In this document: piece after piece, positions 57,262-64,000 of the stretch
Numbering within the stretch: position 1 is the first letter of the stretch
Layout of the letters: the number at the start of each line of letters is the position of its first letter
Position numbers and translations under genes: made by a program
The notes under the pieces: generated by a model
What the model was told of the DNA's origin: nothing
What the model saw: only the letters and a program-made list of their open reading frames with translations
Database searches by the model: none
DNA from: the human T2T-CHM13v2.0 reference genome, Homo sapiens
DNA: 64,000 bases
Reading direction: 5' to 3' (one strand)
NCBI RefSeq assembly: GCF_009914755.1
Contig: NC_060927.1

Positions 57262-57687
57262 TCTGTTAGTCCATTTGCATTGCATTCCTATGTAAAAGGA
57301 AATCCTGAGGCTGTGCAATTTATAAAGAAAAGAAGCCTATTTTGGCTCGTGGTTCTGCAGGCTGTACAAGAAGCACGGTGCCAACATCTTCTGGTGAGAG
57401 TCTCAGGACACTTCCACTCATAGGGGAAGGCAAAATGGGAGCAGGAGCATCACATGGCAAAAGAGGGAGCAAGAATGACAGGGGGAAGGTATCAGGCTCA
57501 TTTTAAACAACCAAATCTTGCATAAACTCATTGAGTGAGAACTTACTCATTACCACAAGGACAGCACAAGCCATTCATGAGGGATCTGCCCTCAGGACCC
57601 AAACTATTCCCACTAGGCCCACTTCCAACACTAAAGGTTATATTTCAGCATGAGATTTGGAGATGACAAAACATCCAAACTATATCA
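57262..57687 (-). mobile_element. MSTB-like MaLR solo LTR
   Basis: ttagtccatttgcattgc...ggttctgcaggctgtacaagaagca...aagccattcatgagggatctgccc...acatccaaactatatca. Confidence 0.92.
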
Positions 57688-58949
57688 ATCTCGGAGTCTC
57701 TACCCACACACTTTTGTAACTCTCAAAGCTCTTAATCACTGTTAGATGTCACTGGAGGCTTTTCAGCCCGGGAGCGTGGTGGTAAGAGGAGCATTGCTGT
57801 TCTAATTAAGCCTTGGTTTTAGGCGAATTATGTCCTTAGGTTTCAGAAAGGTGGCTGCCTCCGTGTTCCAGGGTTTCCCACAGCTGTAATTCTGGGAAGG
57901 GAGTAGAGTTTTATTTTTAATGCTTCTTACCTCTAGCTGCAATGGCTGTTCCCTAGTTCCCTAAGACACTTCCTCCTGCAGTTTAAAGTTTTTCTCCCAA
58001 GGAGAATTAGGGGAGGGTGGGATACAAGCAGGACTTCTTGTCTTTCCTGCAGTGGCTGCTGTTCTCCTCCCCATGTTTTGTACAATGAGGATTCTACCAC
58101 AGTCATTTTTTTGTGTGTGCATGAGCTTCTGGTGGGGCCCAAGGAAAGAGCCTATTCTGGGTGCAAATTTCCCTGTTATCTTGCCCCAAGGTTTTCTACA
58201 GTGAGAATCTACAAGCCAGTTAAAATTTGTTTTATGCCTGCAGCCAACTGAACCACATTCCTTCTTTACTAATTTGTTACCAGGTGAGCAAATGCTAGCT
58301 TACCCTCTCTCCCCATAGGCACATATCTTTTTTTAGGTTTTAAGTTAGTTGGTATTCCTGCAATCACAGCTCTCTGACTAGTTCAAGAAAAGTTATGAAT
58401 TTGCAATTTGTCCAATTCTTTTTTAATGCTGAGAGTGGGCATAATACTTTTTTATTCCAGCTTTGTTCATCCCAAGCAAAAGTTGGAGGTCTCTGAAACT
58501 TAATTTCAAATAGTTCAGCAAAAAAAATGAAAAGAAAGAGAAAGAGTAAATGAAAGAGAAGGAGAAAGAGAGAGAGAGACAGTGAGAGAAAGATACATAA
58601 AGAAAGAGCACAAATGTGGCAACATATCAAGAATTAATGAATCAAGATGAAGTGGGGATGGGTATTCATAATACTTTCCATTTCTGTGTTGACACACAGG
58701 CAGTGCTCAATTAATTACCTTGAATGTAATTAAGACATAATTTGCTGAATGACAGTATTATTCTTGTTATTAGTTCCCACCAAAATAGATGAATCAATTT
58801 TTTTCCCTTTCTAGTTTGACATTGTTACCCTAAGATACTAATCCTGCTAACTCTATTTTTAAAATCCAGGTTTACTAAATATTTTATCTACTTATCTGTC
58901 AGCAATGTTTCAACTAGAATAGAAATGCTTTTGCATAAATTCATCACTC

Positions 58950-59260
58950 ATTGAGGGATCAGCTAATTGGAAAGAGCATTAGATATGGAATTTTGAAAAA
59001 CAGGCTTAAATGCAAGCTTATTCATTTCACCAATATTTATGGAGATCTTACAGTGTTCTATTGATTGTATGAGAGGTTTGGGAGTGAATAGTAGCTCTGC
59101 TGCCTCTCAGTCCCTTGCACCTGCACACATTTATATGGTTTGAGCCTTGGTCTCCACCTCTGTGAAGTATGGATAACAACGCCTCCCTCATTTGTGAGAG
59201 TTAAAATCCCTGTTATATGATAAAGTGCTTTGTGAATCATAAACAAATGATCCAAAAGCA
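58950..59260 (+). mobile_element. MIR fragments
   Basis: tgagccttggtctccacctctgtgaa...ttgtgagagttaaa...taaagtgcttt. Confidence 0.6.
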
Positions 59261-62053
59261 TATTATTCTAATTCTCTTTTAGTTTCTTCCTCACTTGTTC
59301 TTATTTTTTTTACTTTTTTTTCTTTGCATTTTTGTAATGTCCTTGGCCTTGGTTTCTTACTTTATTTTATTATGACTGCTTACACTGTTGTAGTCATTTA
59401 CAACTTCATGTTAATCAAAATTGTGAATTTCGGCAAAGGCAACAGTCCCTGCCTAGTGTATGACCTTTTTTCCCCTTTGATCTTGGCATCTGAAAGCTTT
59501 TTATACATTCTAATTCTCTTCCATTTTAATAGCTCTGTGAAGCAGTACTATTTTCTTTGACTGATAAGATCATTGAAGGTGACCTGATTTTCTCTAGAGA
59601 TGCACAATGAATAAAACACATTCTCCACTACACAACTCACTTACTCACATCCCATGAAGGGGGAAAAATCCTGAGGTTGCTCTCTCTCTATAAAGGTCAC
59701 AGAAAAAGGAGATGACTTCTCAGATATTGTGATTATGCATGTATCATCAAATTATGCAAGCTGCTTATTATTCCAAATCTTAGGGGTTTTTTTGTTATTT
59801 CATCCTGTTTTACATAAAACTGAGTAGCAAAAGTGGCAAAACAAATATAGCATTTGTCTTTGTTTGTGTATTTTTAATGAGCCGAATAACACAAACACCT
59901 TAATTTTGAGGGTGCATCTTGTTGAGACACAATATTATAGATACCTGTTTGTACTTGTGTGTATGTGTGTCTCCAGGTATTACATTTATGCAGTTTTCAG
60001 TTGGAAAGGTGACCTCTTTCTACGGAGTATGTGCCCTGCACATAGGGTTTATCCCTTGTGACTGGTTTGTGTGTTAAGGATTCATGGCTTAAACAGCTAG
60101 GTTATTCATGGGTGTGGAAAATTGATATTTGAGAGCATTTTATTCTGCTCAGTCAGGCTGATTCTTTATAAGGAATCAAAACAGTGATAACATTTACCAA
60201 AAACTACTGAATAGAATATTCAATGTGTATCTATGCCACACATTGTTTCTTTCCATACACTCCATCATAAAATACCTCCTCTGCCTATCATCGCTCTGAC
60301 AACGTCACTGCCAAACCCCTATCCTCATACACTCATCACAGAACATCTCTTCATTTTGTTCAGAAACTGTGCTTTTTTTTCTTAATCGTTCTGCTTTTCA
60401 AAGCTTTATTCTTTCTAGGCATTCAATATATATTGAATAATTTCAAGGTATTTTTATATTCATTCATTCTACTAATATTTTCTTAACTATTTTCAGCTAC
60501 TCTTCTAAACATCTTGTTCAGGAATTGTGGAAGAATCTACTCACTGTTTTGTCCCAATATCCAAGGGAGAAAAATAAAACTAGCTCAACATCCCTGTGCA
60601 TGAACTTTTAGTAACTTTATTTCCCCACTAGAACTGGAATCTGATGATGAGCATCTTTGTTCTCCAGATTTCAAGGAGGTACTCCAGGTAGCTGACTTTC
60701 CACAGAGCCCTAGAAAGTAAATCATGGAGGTGAGGATACTGTTCTCTGAAATTAATATAGAACTATAGTTACTTGGTAGTTTATCTTGAGCAAGTCTTGT
60801 TAATTCTACTGTAATTCAAAATGGTAGTATCATCCTAGGAAAGGATGACAAACATGTAGTTATAGTGAGTATTCTCTTGGTTTAAATCACAGCATTAATC
60901 AGCATTCTGTATTAAGAAAAAGGCAATCATTTGCCCACATTCTATTCTCCTTTTCCTTAGTTTTTTTTTTTTAATTTTTAGCTTCAGAAATGTAACTCAT
61001 ATACAAAGTACGCCTATAGTTATACCATGTATCACACATTTCATATGAGTAAAAGAACAGAAAATTGATGAAACATGCCTGAATGCTTGTGATATAAAAT
61101 TATATTTCAGTTCCAGCTATAAAAGTGTAATACAATTGAAATGTTTATCATGCATCTATGAATATTTTTTCTTGCATGCATAATGGTGTTGCATGAACAA
61201 TTTAATTTCTTTTTTGAAAAAAGTCATCCTAGAGAGGTCTATTCTATACCTTTTCGACAGATTCATCTAAAGACCAGCTCTATAAATGTCCAGATTGAAT
61301 GCATAAAATGTATTGTCTCAAGTGATTATTGTTTAAAAAAATTTAACTGTATTGTTAACTTACTGAAAAGCACTGGCATAATTCCGCAGGCATGGCCTCT
61401 TTTCTTCTTATCTTCATGTGTGTGCTAATGTTGTGATCTTTTTAAAATGCCAAGATGAACTGTCCGGTATACGAAGATAAAAGATTTTAAAGGCAACGCA
61501 TAATGCCACTGAATTCCTATTGAAATTTACAGTTTTCAAAGAAATAGTATTCATTCTAACATCAAAATTATTGTCAGAAAAATATAAACATAGTAAAATA
61601 AAAGGCACCTGTGAATCCGAAGCTATCATGGTTCAAACTCTTCTATGAAAACACAATGGCACTCAAAGACTTACTATGGCTTAATATCTATTATTAATCA
61701 ATTAGTATTTTTCATTGTATGAAAAATTTATAACTAAAATTTTAAATTTAAAAAGAAATGGATTGATTAGAGGCCAGGTAATCAGGCTCTTGGCCATGAC
61801 CATATTTTTTTTTTTTCAGTATTAGTTAAGTACCAAAGTATTTCACAAAGTCCAGTATTCAATTGATTGCACAATACACAACTAGATTTCATATTTTTGT
61901 AATCCTTGGCATTACTTATTTTCTGCACATTCTGGACACATTCCTACATTTTTATTTAAATGGCTTTTACATCTTATAAAAAGAGTACTTTTTGGATTCA
62001 AATCCCTTATTCCATTTCTGGCAACCTTCCAAGAGAACTCTAGTCTGAATCAT

Positions 62054-62625
62054 TGCATTGATTTTCTGTTGCTGTATAATAATATTACCACAATCATAGT
62101 GGCTTCAAAGAAAAACACATTTATTATGTCACCTTTTCTGTGAGTCAGTAGTCTGGGCACAGCTCATCTGAGTTTTTGCTTCAAGTTCTCATCCGAAAGC
62201 TACAACCAAGGGGTCACTCATGACTGGGTTGTCATGCGATGACTCGACTAGGGAAGGGCCTGCTTTCAAACTCATTTGGTTGTTGGTAGAACTCAGTTAC
62301 TGATTGTTGGATTGAGGGCCTCCATTCCTAGCTGGCTAGTGGCTGAAGGCCATTTTCAGTTCCTTGCAATTAGGGCCTTTCCTACACAGATGCTTGCTTC
62401 ATTACAGTGTGCAATTTGAGTAGGTAGTAGAGATACTCTCTCACAAGATGGAAGGTATAATCTTATGTACCTGGTCATGGAAGTGATATCTGTCCCATTT
62501 TCTGTGTTTTATTGGTTAGAAATAAGGCACAGGTTCCACCTACACTCAAAAACAAGGGATGTAACAGGGATATGAATGCCACGAGGCTGGATCACTGGGG
62601 GTCATCCTAGGATCTTCCCAGCACA
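62054..62625 (-). mobile_element. MLT1 (E/F-like) MaLR LTR
   Basis: ttgctgtataataatattaccacaa...ttctgtgagtcagtagtctgggcacagct...ggatcactgggggtcatcctag. Confidence 0.88.
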
Positions 62626-63619
62626 CTTTTTTTGTTTTACATTTGGTAGTTTGGTAATTTTTCCAAATGAATACTATAAAAGTGTAATAGAAGAAGTAGT
62701 ATATGTCATTGAATGTAGTTCTAACCCAGAAATTACAGTGAAGGTAACGCTCATATGATAGGATGGGCAGTTTCATTATTATTTGTCTTGCCTGTTACCA
62801 AGCATTCTAATGATGTTTCATTGAGAAGACTGTTCTTTGAGATTAGTATGTATCATAAAAATGCCTCTCTTTAACTAAATTGTGGATATTTGTCTATGAA
62901 GTTCAGGTATTTGTTTTCATAATAGGCTGTATTTGAAGGACACAAAAATTTATATAAAAATACTAAACAAACTGAAGCCCAAATTTGTTACTAGTTCTAG
63001 TGCACCACCATGACATATTGATTACACTGAAATACAATAATGACTCTCAATATGGACATCTGAAAATTAATAATAACTATTTGATTGTCCTAGGAAATGA
63101 TCTGGATAGCTAAATATAGTCTGACTGAAACTTACGTAGCCCAGGCATTAAGTACATATTTGAATGGGCAAATCTTATGAAATAATGCATTATTTACTAG
63201 AACATTTTCCCTACTGGTATTTTCTACTAGAAGTCCAAATTAGGGAATCATATGAGGATATAAAATTAATTCAAATATATAAAAATATTTTGGCTGTGTT
63301 TACAGCATTAGGAACAAGCTGTACTCATTCTAGCATTACGTTAATGTACACTTGGTAGGCATTAGAGGAATAAACAGTTCTAACTACAAGAAACAGTAAA
63401 AAATAAGATATATATACTCATAAGTCTTCTCATTCTGTTAAGAGCAGTTAGTAAAGAATTATTTCTAAAATTTGTGAAATAATTATTGCTCATAAAATTT
63501 TTAGCTAATAAGAAACTTCAGATGGTTCAGAAGGTAATAGAATATGTCCTATTTGGTTCAGGAAACTTAAAATTCCTTCTCCTTAAAAGTGTTGGATTAA
63601 GGCATTTCATAATTTTTGA

Positions 63620-63840
63620 AAAATTTTGTATTTATTGGCAGTGGTTTTTACACTTAGAGATTCTTATTTCTTCCACAGTGAAATTGTTTATTTAAAAAAG
63701 ATGTTTCTAAAATATCTGAAGAGAAAAAATAGTGCAAAATATTCACTTTGATACCAAGAAGAGCTTTGATTATACAGATACTCTAAAAAGGTATTAAGAA
63801 CCTCCAGGGGTTCCATTTCCACAGTTTGATAACCACTGCA
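63620..63840. mobile_element. hAT-Charlie MER remnant
   Basis: cagtggtttt ... gaacctccaggggttcc...cagtttgataaccactg termini. Confidence 0.5.
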
Positions 63841-64000
63841 TTAGCACAAATCCTTGGAAGTATGAAACACTTTGTCTGTGTTTGGTATAAAGGCCACTGA
63901 ATGTGCTAATCTATGTGACCTTGGCATGTAGTCAGCATCTGTTAATAGATTTTAGGATATAAATGAGATAGTGCATGTAATGTACTTACAACAATTAATG

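Overview
Human (or great-ape) genomic DNA: AT-rich, CpG-poor and dense in Alu, L1, L2, MIR, LTR and DNA-transposon fossils. The only protein-coding sequence I can support is one short + strand exon at 25685-25821. It carries 82 nt of 5'UTR and the codons MRLLWKLVILLPLINSSA(G), which I recognise as the signal peptide of contactin-6 (CNTN6/NB-3, 3p26.3). The window therefore appears to be the end of intron 1, exon 2 and the first ~38 kb of intron 2; I found no further CNTN6 coding exon. The supplied ORF track misses this exon, and its ORFs are repeat-derived or chance. I see no new multi-gene system. The most notable features cluster on exon 2: a pair of 195-bp, ~97% identical direct repeats bracketing it, a uORF whose stop overlaps the start codon, a near-consensus RFX X-box in the signal-peptide codons, and a switch in Alu orientation across it. 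The window also holds two more local duplications of different ages (one essentially perfect, with a two-step template-switch junction), a candidate poison exon, and a possible ORF2-less 'half-L1' insertion. Repeat subfamily names are from recalled consensus sequences and boundaries are approximate.
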